Source of the DNA: Candidatus Spongiisociaceae bacterium
GTDB lineage: Bacteria; Actinomycetota; Acidimicrobiia; Spongiisociales; Spongiisociaceae
Assembly: GCA_965262915.1 (NCBI GenBank)
Contig: OZ253564.1
Span: 1,024,001-1,088,000, forward strand
Reading direction: 5' to 3'
DNA: 64,000 nucleotides
Shown: positions 29,736 to 39,940 of the stretch, piece by piece
Layout: each line of letters opens with the position of its first letter
Position numbering within the stretch: position 1 is the stretch's first letter
The notes under the pieces: generated by a model
What the model was told of the DNA's origin: nothing
Database searches by the model: none
Seen by the model: the letters and a program-made list of their open reading frames with translations, nothing else
Translations under genes and position numbers: made by a program

Positions 29736-30632
29736 CTAGCCCGGGTCGCTACCCAGCTCGTGGTCGGCCAGCAGCTCGTAGGCCCGGATCAGTGCGGAGT
29801 GGTCCCACCCGGCGCCACCTCGCGCTGCGCACGCGTTCATAAGATCACGGCAGATGGAACTCATGGGTATGGCCACGCCCAGCTTGGCCGCCTCGGCGGA
29901 TGCCAGACCCAGATCCTTCAGATGCAGTTCCATGCGTCCCCCCGGCTCGAAGTCCCGGTCGATCATCCGCTGACCGTGCACTTCCAGGATGCGGGAGGAC
30001 GCGAAGCCTCCAAGCAATGCCATTCTCGCCCGTGCCGGGTCGACGCCCGCCTTGGATGCCAGGACCAGCGCCTCCGCCACCGCGGCGATGTTGATGCCCA
30101 CGATCATCTGGTTGGCGACCTTGCAGGTCTGGCCGGCACCGCTGCTCCCCACCAATGTGATCGTGTCGCCCATCAGCTCGAGTAGCGGCCTCACCCTCTC
30201 GAAAGCCTCCTCGGCGCCACCCACCATGATGGTCAAGGTCCCCGCCTTCGCACCCACCTCTCCACCGGATACGGGTGCGTCCAGGTAGTCGCAGCCCAGC
30301 CCGCGGATCCGGTCGGAGAACACCCTCGTGGCAGTCGGAGAGATGGAGCTCATGTCCACGACTGTCTTTCCCGGCTTCAACCCTTCTGCCACCCCGCGGT
30401 CCCCGAAGAGAACCTCGTCGACCGCCGCGGTGTCGGGGACCATCGTGAACACCACTTCGGAGGCCTCCGCCACGGCCATGGGCGACTCCATCACTACCGC
30501 GCCCGCAGCTAGCAGGTCCTGTGGAGGAGCGGAACGGTGCTTGACGATGAACAGCCGATGCCCGGCCGCCTGCAGATGTCTCGCCATCGGCCGTCCCATG
30601 ACCCCCGTCCCGACAAAACCAACCGCCTTCAT
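29736..30632 (-). CDS. glxR: 2-hydroxy-3-oxopropionate (tartronate semialdehyde) reductase
   Basis: GFVGTGVMG, DAPVSGGEVGA, GQTCKVANQ and GGFASSRILEVHG. Confidence 0.8.
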   Translation of the reverse strand: MKAVGFVGTGVMGRPMARHLQAAGHRLFIVKHRSAPPQDLLAAGAVVMESPMAVAEASEVVFTMVPDTAAVDEVLFGDRGVAEGLKPGKTVVDMSSISPTATRVFSDRIRGLGCDYLDAPVSGGEVGAKAGTLTIMVGGAEEAFERVRPLLELMGDTITLVGSSGAGQTCKVANQMIVGINIAAVAEALVLASKAGVDPARARMALLGGFASSRILEVHGQRMIDRDFEPGGRMELHLKDLGLASAEAAKLGVAIPMSSICRDLMNACAARGGAGWDHSALIRAYELLADHELGSDPG

Positions 30633-30740
30633 GAAGTGGGCTCCTAACGTTTGTCGAGACCGCGTTTCCGCGGTTTACGGGGACCGTGGATTTTCACGGT
30701 GTGCGAGGCATGATATGAAGCCCGCTCCGGGGCGCCGAGG

Positions 30741-31268
30741 CTAGCCGGCCGGCCCCGCTCGATTCATCGCGTAAGCGTGGCCGAGGGGGCTGTCGCTCTC
30801 ATAGACGCGGCCGCGCTCGGCAAACTGCACGAGTTCGATCGTGATGCCGTCCGGGTCGCGCAGGTACCAGAGAAGGCTGCCCTTGTACGGGCCCCAGACG
30901 CTCTCCGCGGGATCAGGGCTGCGAAACTCCGCGTGTTCCCGCATTCGCTCGTAGTCCGCACGGATGTCCATCGTCTCGAAACAGAAATGGGCGTTTCCAG
31001 CGTTGTAGGTCTCCATGTCGACACGACCGGGGGGTGGGTTGTGGTACTCGATCAACTCGAGGACCGTTCCGCCCGGTAGCGCCCAGACCGCAGCCGACAT
31101 GTCACAATTCGGGTAGCCGACCTTGGTCCCCACATAGTCGCCTATCTCGGCGGCCAGCCATGTTCCGCGGTCGAACGGTTCCGAGTCGAGGAGTCGACTC
31201 CACCATGCGATCGATCTGTCCAGGTCCGTTACTGCGACTCCTACGTGGTCGACGCATTTGAAGATCAC
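30741..31268 (-). CDS. VOC/glyoxalase family protein
   Basis: DHVGVAV, LELIEY, HFCF and RDPDGITIEL. Confidence 0.85.
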   Translation of the reverse strand: MIFKCVDHVGVAVTDLDRSIAWWSRLLDSEPFDRGTWLAAEIGDYVGTKVGYPNCDMSAAVWALPGGTVLELIEYHNPPPGRVDMETYNAGNAHFCFETMDIRADYERMREHAEFRSPDPAESVWGPYKGSLLWYLRDPDGITIELVQFAERGRVYESDSPLGHAYAMNRAGPAG

Positions 31269-31271
31269 ATC

Positions 31272-31530
31272 ATGCTCCTTTCTCAGTTCCTGAGAACCAC
31301 TCTTGATGCTGCCGTCATGGGGGGCAAGGCATGCGTTCGAGGACTGCGCGTGACCGTTGGAACAGTGGTGGGTCTCCTAGCTGCTGGTCGGTCATCGGAG
31401 AAGATTCTGAGCGCGTACCCCTACCTCGAGCCAGAGGATATCGAGGAGTCCCTGGCCTACGCCGCATAGAGGTTGGAGGAACGGGAGATTCCACTTCCCA
31501 TCTCATGACGGTGAAGTTCCTGGTCCACCG
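31272..31530 (+). pseudogene. Decayed DUF433 antitoxin plus start of a DUF5615 PIN-toxin gene
   Basis: VMGGKACVRGLRVTV...YPYLEPEDI..LAYAA*RLEEREIPL has a premature TAG at 31467. An overlapping ATGA then gives MTVKFLV before similarity ends. Confidence 0.6.
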
Positions 31531-31704
31531 AAGTCACGAGTCCACCAAGTGGCGCAACGTGGCCCGGCCAGATGGAAGGTGACTCCTGCCAGAAGCGGGG
31601 CCGGCGCAACGTGTCGCTCAAGAGATCGACACTACGGGTGGGGCCCCAGGATGCCGGGTCGGTACCATTTACGCGGACCGAGGAATGCGATCGAAGGAAG
31701 CCAG

Positions 31705-32544
31705 ATGGCACTGTCCAGTATCAGCGAGTTGGTGAGCCTCAAGGGGAAGTGTGCCATCGTCACGGGGGCGGCCCAAGGTTTCGGTGCTGCCATATCACGC
31801 CGCCTCGGTGAAGCGGGCGCGACGGTCTTCGTCTCCGACCGCAACGTTGAGGGCGCCGAGCAATCCGCCGAGCGGTTGAGGAACCTCGGGTACAACGCGA
31901 TCGCGCACAGCGTCGATATCGCTGATCGGGACACGGTTGAGGCCCTGGTCGATGCTGCGACGGAGGGGACCGGCAGGGTGGACATCCTGGTGAACAACGC
32001 CGGCATCTACTCCAACTACTACTTCGCCCAGATGCCCCCGCAGGAGTTCGCCGACACCGTCTCGGTGAACGTGGTCGGCACCTTCCAGATGTCCCAGGCA
32101 GTTACCCAACGCATGATCGCCGACGGCCAAGGCGGTTCCATCGTGAACATCGCCTCGGTCGATGCGTTCAACACCTCCGCCGAGGGCTTGGCCCACTACA
32201 CGACCTCGAAACACGCCATCGGGGGGATGACCAAGTCGATGGCGATCGAACTCGCCGCCCACAACATACGGGTCAACGCCGTCTGCCCCGGCGCGGCCAT
32301 GACAGAGGGGGCGATCGCTCTGGTCACGGCAGGCGCTCCGGAGGGAATCGACGTGGAGGCGCAGTGGGACGGTATCAAGGAGAGGACTCCGCTCCGGCGT
32401 CTCTGCGATCCGGACGATGTAGCGCGGGCGGTGTTGTTTCTCGCCTCCGACATGGCCGCCTTCGTCACCGGGGCGTTCCTCGTCGTTGACGGCGGCATCC
32501 TGGTCCAGCCTCTGGAAGGCTACGTGCCTCCGGCGGGTCACTGA
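31705..32544 (+). CDS. SDR oxidoreductase
   Basis: TGAAQGFG, NNAG, YTTSK and VDGG. Confidence 0.9.
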   Translation: MALSSISELVSLKGKCAIVTGAAQGFGAAISRRLGEAGATVFVSDRNVEGAEQSAERLRNLGYNAIAHSVDIADRDTVEALVDAATEGTGRVDILVNNAGIYSNYYFAQMPPQEFADTVSVNVVGTFQMSQAVTQRMIADGQGGSIVNIASVDAFNTSAEGLAHYTTSKHAIGGMTKSMAIELAAHNIRVNAVCPGAAMTEGAIALVTAGAPEGIDVEAQWDGIKERTPLRRLCDPDDVARAVLFLASDMAAFVTGAFLVVDGGILVQPLEGYVPPAGH

Positions 32545-32684
32545 GTTCCGCATAAGTTTGGCGTCTATCCGACTCCCGGTCTCGCTATCGGGCCTCGCCG
32601 CGCGTTGTACCCGGCCGAGCGAGTCATAGAGGTCGGCGTGACGTTTGACCTGGGGTGCGGGGTCTATTCTGGGATGGTGCCCGC

Positions 32685-32774
32685 CGCTATGTGGGCGGCG
32701 AACCTCAGGAGGACGACCGCGACCGGGTGGTGCTGGAACAGCGGCGCCGCGACGCGCTGGCACGGGTCAATCCC
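32685..32774 (+). pseudogene. Fused fragments of type I R-M HsdM C-terminus and HsdR N-terminus
   Basis: RYVGGEPQEDD (HsdM-like) is joined to VVLEQRRRDALARVNP (HsdR-like). Confidence 0.45.
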
Positions 32775-32846
32775 GGTGCCCTTCGTGGTCGGGTGCGGCG
32801 ACGGTTGTGTCAGGCTGTCCCAGCCAGAAGGTACGATGCCGGAACC

Positions 32847-33854
32847 ATGAGCGATGGAAGAGATGAGCAGTCTCCGGGCGGCGAGATCGTTGTCTACGGG
32901 GCCCCGGACGGCGCCGTGCGCGTGGATGTCCGCCTCGACCGAGAGACGGTCTGGCTGACCCAGCGACAGATGGCCGAGGTGTTCGACACTTCGACCGACA
33001 ATGTCAGCCTCCATCTGAGAAACATCTTTTTGGATGGTGAGCTAGAGGAGACGGCAACTACCGAGGATTTCTTAGTAGTTCGATCTGAGGGCGGGAGACG
33101 GGTCAAGCGCCGTATCAGGCACTACGACCTCGACGCCATCATCTCCGTGGGCTACCGAGTCAACTCGAAGCGGGCTGTGGGCTTTCGCCGGTGGGCCACG
33201 CGCACCTTGCGCGAACACCTGGTCCGGGGTTACACCCTGAACGAGCGGCGGCTTGCCGAGCGCGGCCTGCGCGAAGCGCGTGAGACGCTGGATCTCCTGG
33301 CCCGGACGCTGCAGAACCAGGCGCTGGTGGACGAGACCGGGCGGGCCGTGCTGGGTCTCATCTCGGGTTACGCCGACACCTGGCGGCTGCTCCTCGAGTT
33401 CGACGAGGACCGGCTGGCTGTTCCGGCCGACGCGAAGCCGGCCACGAGCGCGTTGGACTACGACCGCGTCGTCGGGACGATCGCCGAGTTCAAGCGCGAT
33501 CTGGCTGCGCGCGGCGAAGCGTCGTCGCTGTTCGGCAATCGCCGCGGTGACGCGCTCGAAGGCATTCTCGGCAACGTCGAGCAGACCATGTTCGGGGAGC
33601 CGCTCTACCGCTCGCGGGAGGAGAAGGCGGCGAACCTGCTCTACTTCCTGGTGAAGGATCATCCCTTCACCGACGGCAACAAGCGCATCGGCTCGCTGTT
33701 GTTCCTGCTCTATCTCGAAGAGGAGGGAGTGGAACATCGGCTCAACCCCCAAGCGCTCACCGCGCTCACCCTGCTCATCGCCGAGAGCGCGCCGCGCAGC
33801 AAAGACCTGATGGTCCGCCTCGTCGTCAATCTGCTGGCAAAGCCGGCCGCATGA
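32847..33854 (+). CDS. RhuM-like/Fic-DOC domain protein
   Basis: ETVWLTQRQMAEVF, YDLDAIISVGYRVNS and Fic motif HPFTDGNKRIG. Confidence 0.92.
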   Translation: MSDGRDEQSPGGEIVVYGAPDGAVRVDVRLDRETVWLTQRQMAEVFDTSTDNVSLHLRNIFLDGELEETATTEDFLVVRSEGGRRVKRRIRHYDLDAIISVGYRVNSKRAVGFRRWATRTLREHLVRGYTLNERRLAERGLREARETLDLLARTLQNQALVDETGRAVLGLISGYADTWRLLLEFDEDRLAVPADAKPATSALDYDRVVGTIAEFKRDLAARGEASSLFGNRRGDALEGILGNVEQTMFGEPLYRSREEKAANLLYFLVKDHPFTDGNKRIGSLLFLLYLEEEGVEHRLNPQALTALTLLIAESAPRSKDLMVRLVVNLLAKPAA

Positions 33855-34140
33855 TCCACTTCAACGAGTCCGGGGTGGAGGACGCGGCTCTGGGAATGGC
33901 TCGACGGCCTTGGCCGGCGCCTTGGTCATTGGTCCCGACATCGCCCCGATACGCCGGGTGCCGAGAGCGCCCACTCGGGGGAGTCGTGCTGGGACGGCGG
34001 CCTAGCGACGCACTGGCGCGGCTCAACACGGGTCTTCCGGCCGCCGCGCTCGACGACGCCTTCCGCAAGCTGACCTGACAGCGCAGTCGCGAACCTGGGC
34101 TACGAGACCCTGCGCGCCATCGCCCGTGAGTTGGTCGACT
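33851..34140 (+). pseudogene. Type I restriction HsdR remnant (frameshifted N-terminus joined to a C-terminal piece)
   Basis: FNESGVEDAAL and DALARLN.GLPAAALDDAFRKLT, then SAVANLGYETLRAIARELV. Confidence 0.6.
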
Positions 34141-34699
34141 CTGAAGCATCGCACATATGGATGCGAACTGACAGACGGGACGCACATCGCGGGCACGTTG
34201 TGCACCAATAGTACGTCCGTGGAGGAGACGGCGGATCGAGACATCGCGTTGGTCGCTCCTATAACTTACCGGCCGGACGAAGCCACAGCGGAAGCCGTTC
34301 TTGACGATGTAGGGATCGTCATCGTGAACGCAGAGCGCATCAAGTTCCTGACTATCACATACGTGGATCCCACATATGAAACGACAAGGACGGAACCCCG
34401 GTGAGAAACTCCATTACAAAGCCGAATCGCGCGGCGGTTCCGACAAGCGATCATGTCCTGCAACACCCTCACCACACGAACCCGGCGCAGATACAACCGG
34501 ATCGTCATGGATCACGAGCCATCGGGGTCAGCCCAGATACTCTTCGATAAACCTGGTGCAGTTCAGCTTCGGACATCGACATCGTCCGACTGTGCCTTGC
34601 CATCAGCGCATCTATTGGAACTCTGGGTGGGTCTCATGAGACGGTGCGCCGGATCGTAACAACAAGCAGAGTTGTCAGGACTCGTCAACAGAGCGGCGG

Positions 34700-36046
34700 C
34701 TAGAAGCTGGGGAGTTTGGTATCGTCGAATCGGCCCGCTTCGATGTCGGCTAGGGCGCGGTCAAAGATGCACAGGGCTTCATCGGCGTCGCTTCGGGTGA
34801 TGGTCAACGGCGGTGTGATTTCCATCACGTTCCCGAACGCCAGCAGTATCAGGCCGAGTTCGAAGCAACGGTATGCGAGCCGGAGGGCATCTGTTTCGGC
34901 GGGCTCGCGCGTCCGTTGATCCTTCACCAGTTCGACCCCGATCAGGAGGCCCTTTCCACGGACATCGCCGATCAGGGGGTGGTCGGCCGCCATATCGTTC
35001 AGCTTGCCGCGCAGGTACCTGCCCATCTCGCCGGCGTTGCGCACCAGTCCTTCTTCCTCGATCACGTCGAGAACCGCGACGGCGGCGGAGCAGGCCAGCG
35101 GGGAGCCACCCAGCGTGTAGGCCGTGTAGAGGTCGACATCGAGGATCTCTTCGCGGCCGACAACCGCCGAGAGCGGGAAGCCTCCTCCCAAGGGCTTGGC
35201 GAGCCCGATCGCGTCCGCCTCGATTCCGAAGTGCTCGAAGCCGAACATGCGGCCCGTCCGTCCCAGGCCGACCTTGACCTCGTCGAATATCAACCAGATC
35301 CCCCGCTCATCGCACAGTTCTCGCAGAGCCGGGAAGTAGTTGTCCGGGGGAACGATCTCGCCGCTATCGGACTGGATGCTCTCGGCGAATATCGCCGCCG
35401 TCTCGTCGGAGGGCGACACGCTGACCAGCAGATCGTTCTTCAGGTAGCCGAGGCATCTGAGGGAGCATTCGTTCTTGTCGCACGGACCCCAGGCGCATCG
35501 GTAGGGGTTGGGATAGGGAGCCTTGGTGATGTGACCGCCGGGTATCGGCCTGGTCAGCGCTCCATGCCCCGAGATGGCGCCGGAGCCGATCGTCATGCCG
35601 TGGAACGCGCCGATGTAGGACACCAGCCTCGGTCTCCCCGAGGCGATGGGCGCCACTTTGGCGAGCATGTCCATGGCGTCGGAGCCCGACACGCCGAACC
35701 AGGCCTTCTTGGCGAAGTCCCCCGGGAAGAGGTCGATGAGTCGCTCCGCCAATTCGACGGCAGGCTCGTGGATGTAGCAGACGAGCGGACCGCTGTACTC
35801 GTTGTTTATGGCGTCGATCGCCGCCTGGCGTACCTTGGGATGGCCGTATCCGGTGGCGGCCGTTCCTCCGGTTGCCATCCAATCGAGGTACTCGTTGCCG
35901 TCCTTGTCCCACATGCGGACACCGTCCGACTTGGCGACCACGAACGGATACAAGCGGTATTTCATCGACGGCGTTATGACGGCCTCGTCGCGAGCGACGA
36001 CGTCCCGACTCCGGGTCAGGTCTCGCTTATCGGAAGGATCTCGCAT
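34700..36046 (-). CDS. Class III aminotransferase (4-aminobutyrate aminotransferase-like)
   Basis: SGSDA, FHG, ESIQSDSG, FDEVKVGLGRTG and AKPLGGG. Confidence 0.9.
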   Translation of the reverse strand: MRDPSDKRDLTRSRDVVARDEAVITPSMKYRLYPFVVAKSDGVRMWDKDGNEYLDWMATGGTAATGYGHPKVRQAAIDAINNEYSGPLVCYIHEPAVELAERLIDLFPGDFAKKAWFGVSGSDAMDMLAKVAPIASGRPRLVSYIGAFHGMTIGSGAISGHGALTRPIPGGHITKAPYPNPYRCAWGPCDKNECSLRCLGYLKNDLLVSVSPSDETAAIFAESIQSDSGEIVPPDNYFPALRELCDERGIWLIFDEVKVGLGRTGRMFGFEHFGIEADAIGLAKPLGGGFPLSAVVGREEILDVDLYTAYTLGGSPLACSAAVAVLDVIEEEGLVRNAGEMGRYLRGKLNDMAADHPLIGDVRGKGLLIGVELVKDQRTREPAETDALRLAYRCFELGLILLAFGNVMEITPPLTITRSDADEALCIFDRALADIEAGRFDDTKLPSF

Positions 36047-36143
36047 GTGACATGCTCCTCGCGCGTCGTGTACAAGAGAATATCGAGCCGGTGGTGGGAT
36101 CGGCGGTTCGATCCGGCTGGTCACCCGGGTTGTGGTTCGGGGA

Positions 36144-38459
36144 TCACTCAGGGTGTAACAGCTCCCACACCACATCGGGACGCAGCGGGGTGCGGTCGAT
36201 GCGGGTGCCGAACGGTGCGAGGGCGTCGGCGACCGCATTGGCAACGGCGGGGGGCGAGGCGAGCGTTCCGGACTCGCCGACCCCGCGCACGCCCAGAGGG
36301 GTATCCGAGGGCGTGACCATGTTGTCCAGGGTCAGCCTGGGCATCTCCATCGCGGAGGGGAGCAGGTAGGCGGCGAAACTCGCCGACGGGACCTGGCCCG
36401 ACTCGTCGTGGCTGACCTGTTCGTAGAGTGCCTGGCCTATTCCCTGGGCGATCCCGCCGTGGATCTGGCCGTCGACTATCCCGGGGTTGATCCCGACGCC
36501 GTAGTCGTCGACCGACACGAAGTCGAGGATCTTGACCTTTCCGGTTCCCACGTCGACCTCGACCACGGCCGCGTTGGCGCCGAAGGCGAAGTTGACATCG
36601 GGCGGGTCGTAGAAGGCCGTTGCTTCGAGTCCCGGCTCGACCATCGGCCCGCAGCGTTTGAGGAAATGCGCCTCCTCGGCTACCTCCTGCCACGAGACCG
36701 TGGACTCCGGACTCCCCGCGACGGTGAAGATCCCGTCGGCGTAGACGATGTCCTCCGCGGCCGCTTCGAGCATGGCCGCCGCCACCCGCCGCGCCTTGTG
36801 GACGACGCGCTCGGCCGCCACCAGAGCGGCATGGCCACCGACGACCGCCCCCCGGCTGCCGTGGGTGCCGCCCCCGAACGGGATGGTCTCGGTGTCGCCG
36901 TGCACGACCGTGATGTGGTCGAACGGGATCTGCAGCTGGTCGGAGACGATCTGAGCGACGATCGTGTCCGATCCCTGGCCCTGTGGCGACAGGCCCGAAT
37001 AGGCGACCGCCTTGCCCTGCGGGTCCACCCGGATCAGCGTCGACTCGTGGCCGGGGAAGAACTTCATGGGATTCCAGTCGTGGCCGGACGGCGAGAAACC
37101 GCACAGCAGGTTGTAGGTCGCGAAGCCGATCCCCAGGTAGCGATCCTCCTCCAGCGCCTCCTCCCGACGAGCCCGGACCGACTCGTAGCCGATGAGTTCG
37201 GCCGCGCGCCGCAACAGGGCCGGGTAGTCGCCCCCGGTATAGGTCAGGCCGAACGGTGTCTGGTAAGGCAACTGGTCGGGTGCGACGAGGTTGCGCAGGC
37301 GGATTTCGACCGGGTCGATGCCGAGCTCGCGGGCGGCTTCTTCGATCATCCGCTCCAGCACGAACGTCGCCTCGGCTCTCCCCGAACCTCGCAACGCATC
37401 GATCGACATCTTGTTGGTGAACACCTTCTCCAGCTTGATGTCGACACTCGGTATGTCGTAGTTGCCGGTGAGGGTGTCGATCGTCAGGTCCGGAACGACA
37501 GGCGTGAAGAAGTGGAAGTAGGCGCCGAGATCCCCGACGAAATGGCTGCGTAGCGCGAGGATCCTTCCGTCGGGGTCGAGGGCGAGCTCCGCGTCGTGGA
37601 TCTGGTCCCGGGCATGGACACCGGCGGTGAAGTTCTCGGTCCTGGTCTCCACCCACTTCACGGGGACACCCAACTCCAGGGCAGCCCAGATGATCGCCAG
37701 CTCGTCGGAGTACAGGTTGAGCTTGCTCCCGAACCCGCCGCCCACATCGGGAGCGACGATGCGGAGCTTGGACTCGTCCAGCTCGAAAATGTGGGCGAGC
37801 CAGGTGCGCAAGGTGTGCGGCCCTTGGCACGAGAGCCACACGGTGAGATGGCCGGTGGCCGGTTCCGGGACCGCCAGGATGGCGCGCGGTTCCATCGGTG
37901 AAGCCGATATCCGCTGCACCGTAAGGCGGCGCGCCACCACATGGTCGGCCCTGGCGAACGCACTATCGGGATCGCCGACCACTTTGTGGATCTCGCCGAT
38001 CTTGTTCGTGCCCCGGTCGGGATGCACCAGCGGAGCGTCGGTCGAGAGCGCCTCCCACGGATCGAGGACGTGGGGGAGGGGTTCGTAGTCGACATCGACG
38101 CGCTCGGCGCCGTTGATCGCGGTCCTCGGATTGGTTGCCAGCACCATCGCCACCGGCTCGCCCACGTAGTGAACGCGATCGCCTGTGAGTGGAGTCCGCG
38201 GTGGGGAGTCGTCGGCAGCCGCGCTGGGAATCAGTGGCATCCGTTGCGCCGACTCGGATCCGGAGAAGACGGCGACAACATCCGGAGCCCGGCGTGCGTA
38301 TCCCAGGTCGACCGATGTGATGTCAGCGTGCGCGAAGGGGCTTCGCACGAACGAGGCATGGACCATGTGGGGCACGGTGATGTCGTCGACGTAGCGGCCC
38401 CTACCCGCCAGGATTCGGGGATCCTCCTTGCGGGGTAAGCGGGCGCCGATGGCGGTCAT
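36144..38459 (-). CDS. Xanthine dehydrogenase family molybdopterin-binding large subunit
   Basis: VGGGFGSK, ALRGSGR, GQG, GSR, GQIHGG and GVGESG. Confidence 0.9.
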   Translation of the reverse strand: MTAIGARLPRKEDPRILAGRGRYVDDITVPHMVHASFVRSPFAHADITSVDLGYARRAPDVVAVFSGSESAQRMPLIPSAAADDSPPRTPLTGDRVHYVGEPVAMVLATNPRTAINGAERVDVDYEPLPHVLDPWEALSTDAPLVHPDRGTNKIGEIHKVVGDPDSAFARADHVVARRLTVQRISASPMEPRAILAVPEPATGHLTVWLSCQGPHTLRTWLAHIFELDESKLRIVAPDVGGGFGSKLNLYSDELAIIWAALELGVPVKWVETRTENFTAGVHARDQIHDAELALDPDGRILALRSHFVGDLGAYFHFFTPVVPDLTIDTLTGNYDIPSVDIKLEKVFTNKMSIDALRGSGRAEATFVLERMIEEAARELGIDPVEIRLRNLVAPDQLPYQTPFGLTYTGGDYPALLRRAAELIGYESVRARREEALEEDRYLGIGFATYNLLCGFSPSGHDWNPMKFFPGHESTLIRVDPQGKAVAYSGLSPQGQGSDTIVAQIVSDQLQIPFDHITVVHGDTETIPFGGGTHGSRGAVVGGHAALVAAERVVHKARRVAAAMLEAAAEDIVYADGIFTVAGSPESTVSWQEVAEEAHFLKRCGPMVEPGLEATAFYDPPDVNFAFGANAAVVEVDVGTGKVKILDFVSVDDYGVGINPGIVDGQIHGGIAQGIGQALYEQVSHDESGQVPSASFAAYLLPSAMEMPRLTLDNMVTPSDTPLGVRGVGESGTLASPPAVANAVADALAPFGTRIDRTPLRPDVVWELLHPE

Positions 38460-38923
38460 CGCGGCCCGCTCCGTTCCGGACCGGAGAGGACGGCGTCGAC
38501 GATGTGCTGGTAGCCGGTACACCGGCACAGGTTGCCCTCCAGGGCCTTGCGGACCTCCGGTTCGGACGGCTCGGGGTTTTGCCGGAGAAAGGCGGTACCG
38601 GCCATCAGGAAGCCGGACGTGCAGAACCCGCATTGGAGGGCGAAGTGTTCGGCGAATGCCTGCTGCAGCGGTGATAGCGTCCCGCCGTCCGCAAGCCCTT
38701 CGACCGTCTCGACCTCGCGGCCGTCAGCCTGGCCGGCGAGCACGGTGCACGACTTGACCGCGGCCCCGTCGAGGATGACGGTGCACGCACCGCAACTGCT
38801 CGTGTCACACCCCACGTGGGTTCCGGTCAGCTCCAATTCCTCTCGCAACAGGTGCACGAGCAGCGTGGACGGGTGGCAGTCGACAGTCCGGTGTACGCCG
38901 TTGACCGTGACCGTGACCTTCAT
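38456..38923 (-). CDS. 2Fe-2S small subunit of Mo-hydroxylase
   Basis: GCDTSSCGAC, QCGFC and NLCRCTGY. Confidence 0.93.
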   Translation of the reverse strand: MKVTVTVNGVHRTVDCHPSTLLVHLLREELELTGTHVGCDTSSCGACTVILDGAAVKSCTVLAGQADGREVETVEGLADGGTLSPLQQAFAEHFALQCGFCTSGFLMAGTAFLRQNPEPSEPEVRKALEGNLCRCTGYQHIVDAVLSGPERSGPR

Positions 38924-39780
38924 GCGCCGGCACCTCCCGCGGCGGCGCGCCGGATGGCGCGCCTGGCGAGGACCTTCACGAGTTCCCGCTTGTACCGGGA
39001 GCTTCCCCGATCGTCGCCCACCATGGGGGCCGACGCCGCGGTAGCTGCCGCGGCCCGGGCGATTTCCGGTGGGCCCGCGCCCGACCCCACCAGGAGGCTC
39101 TCGGCTTCGGCGGCCCGTGACGCGATGTCCATCCCCCCGGTCACCGCGATACCGGCCCCGGTGATACGTCCGTCCTCGTCCATGGTCAGTTGAACCGCGA
39201 CGCCGGCCACTCCGTAGTCGGCTGCGGCTCGCTTCATCTTCTCGTAGGCACCCGCCGATCCCCGAGGTAGCTGGACCTTCGTGATCAGCTCGCCTCTCCG
39301 GAGGGAGGTCTCGAAGGGTCCCACGAAGAGGTCGTCACTTTCGATGGTTCTCGTTCCGCTCTCCCCTTCGGCGATGACCCGCCCACGGGCTGCCAGCAGC
39401 GCGGCGGGCAGGTCGTTGAGCGGGTCTGCATGAGCCAGGTTCCCGCCGACGGTGCCGAGGTTGCGCACGAGAGGGTCTGCGATCACCGACGCGGTCTCGC
39501 TCCACAAAGGGGCGAAGGCGCGCACCGGCGCGCTGGTGGCCAGCCGGTTCGTCGTCACCAGAGCCCCGATATCGAGGAACTCCCCGAACGACTCGATGGA
39601 GTCCAATCCCTCGATCCTGCCGATGTCGACCACGACCGAGGGCCGGACCAGTCGGAAGCGCATCATCGGGATGAGGCTTTGGCCTCCGGCCAGGGCCACA
39701 GCGTTGGCGTCGCCGTTGAGAGCCGCGACAGCACCCTGGACCGTTCTGGCGGCGCGGAACTCGAAGTCAGGCGGTCGCAT
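38920..39780 (-). CDS. FAD-binding medium subunit of Mo-hydroxylase
   Basis: LAGGQSLIP and VRNLGTVGGNLAHADP. Confidence 0.92.
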   Translation of the reverse strand: MRPPDFEFRAARTVQGAVAALNGDANAVALAGGQSLIPMMRFRLVRPSVVVDIGRIEGLDSIESFGEFLDIGALVTTNRLATSAPVRAFAPLWSETASVIADPLVRNLGTVGGNLAHADPLNDLPAALLAARGRVIAEGESGTRTIESDDLFVGPFETSLRRGELITKVQLPRGSAGAYEKMKRAAADYGVAGVAVQLTMDEDGRITGAGIAVTGGMDIASRAAEAESLLVGSGAGPPEIARAAAATAASAPMVGDDRGSSRYKRELVKVLARRAIRRAAAGGAGA

Positions 39781-39839
39781 CGGTAATCGACGGCGATCTA
39801 TCCGGAACCGGTCTGGACCGGATCGAGTTGATCCTCCCC

Positions 39840-39940
39840 GGAGGGTGCTCAAGAACCGGTAGATGGTTGGCCCGTCGTCCGCTGACTCGGCATTTTGTCA
39901 TCGACAGTCGGGCCAACCGGGGATTGTTGACCACCCTCCT
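39840..39940. repeat. Palindromic MITE-like repeat, family A copy 3
   Basis: GGAGGGTGCTCAAG...GGTTGGCCC...GGGCCAACC...TTGACCACCCTCCT. Confidence 0.8.

Noticed and set aside
28493-37839. Long overlapping ORFs such as 28493-29842, 34916-36316 and 36148-37839
   Set aside because: They are antisense or alternate-frame shadows of well-supported genes, as expected in high-GC DNA.
36144-39780. Aerobic CO dehydrogenase coxMSL
   Set aside because: It lacks the AYxCSFR Cu-binding motif and cox accessory genes.
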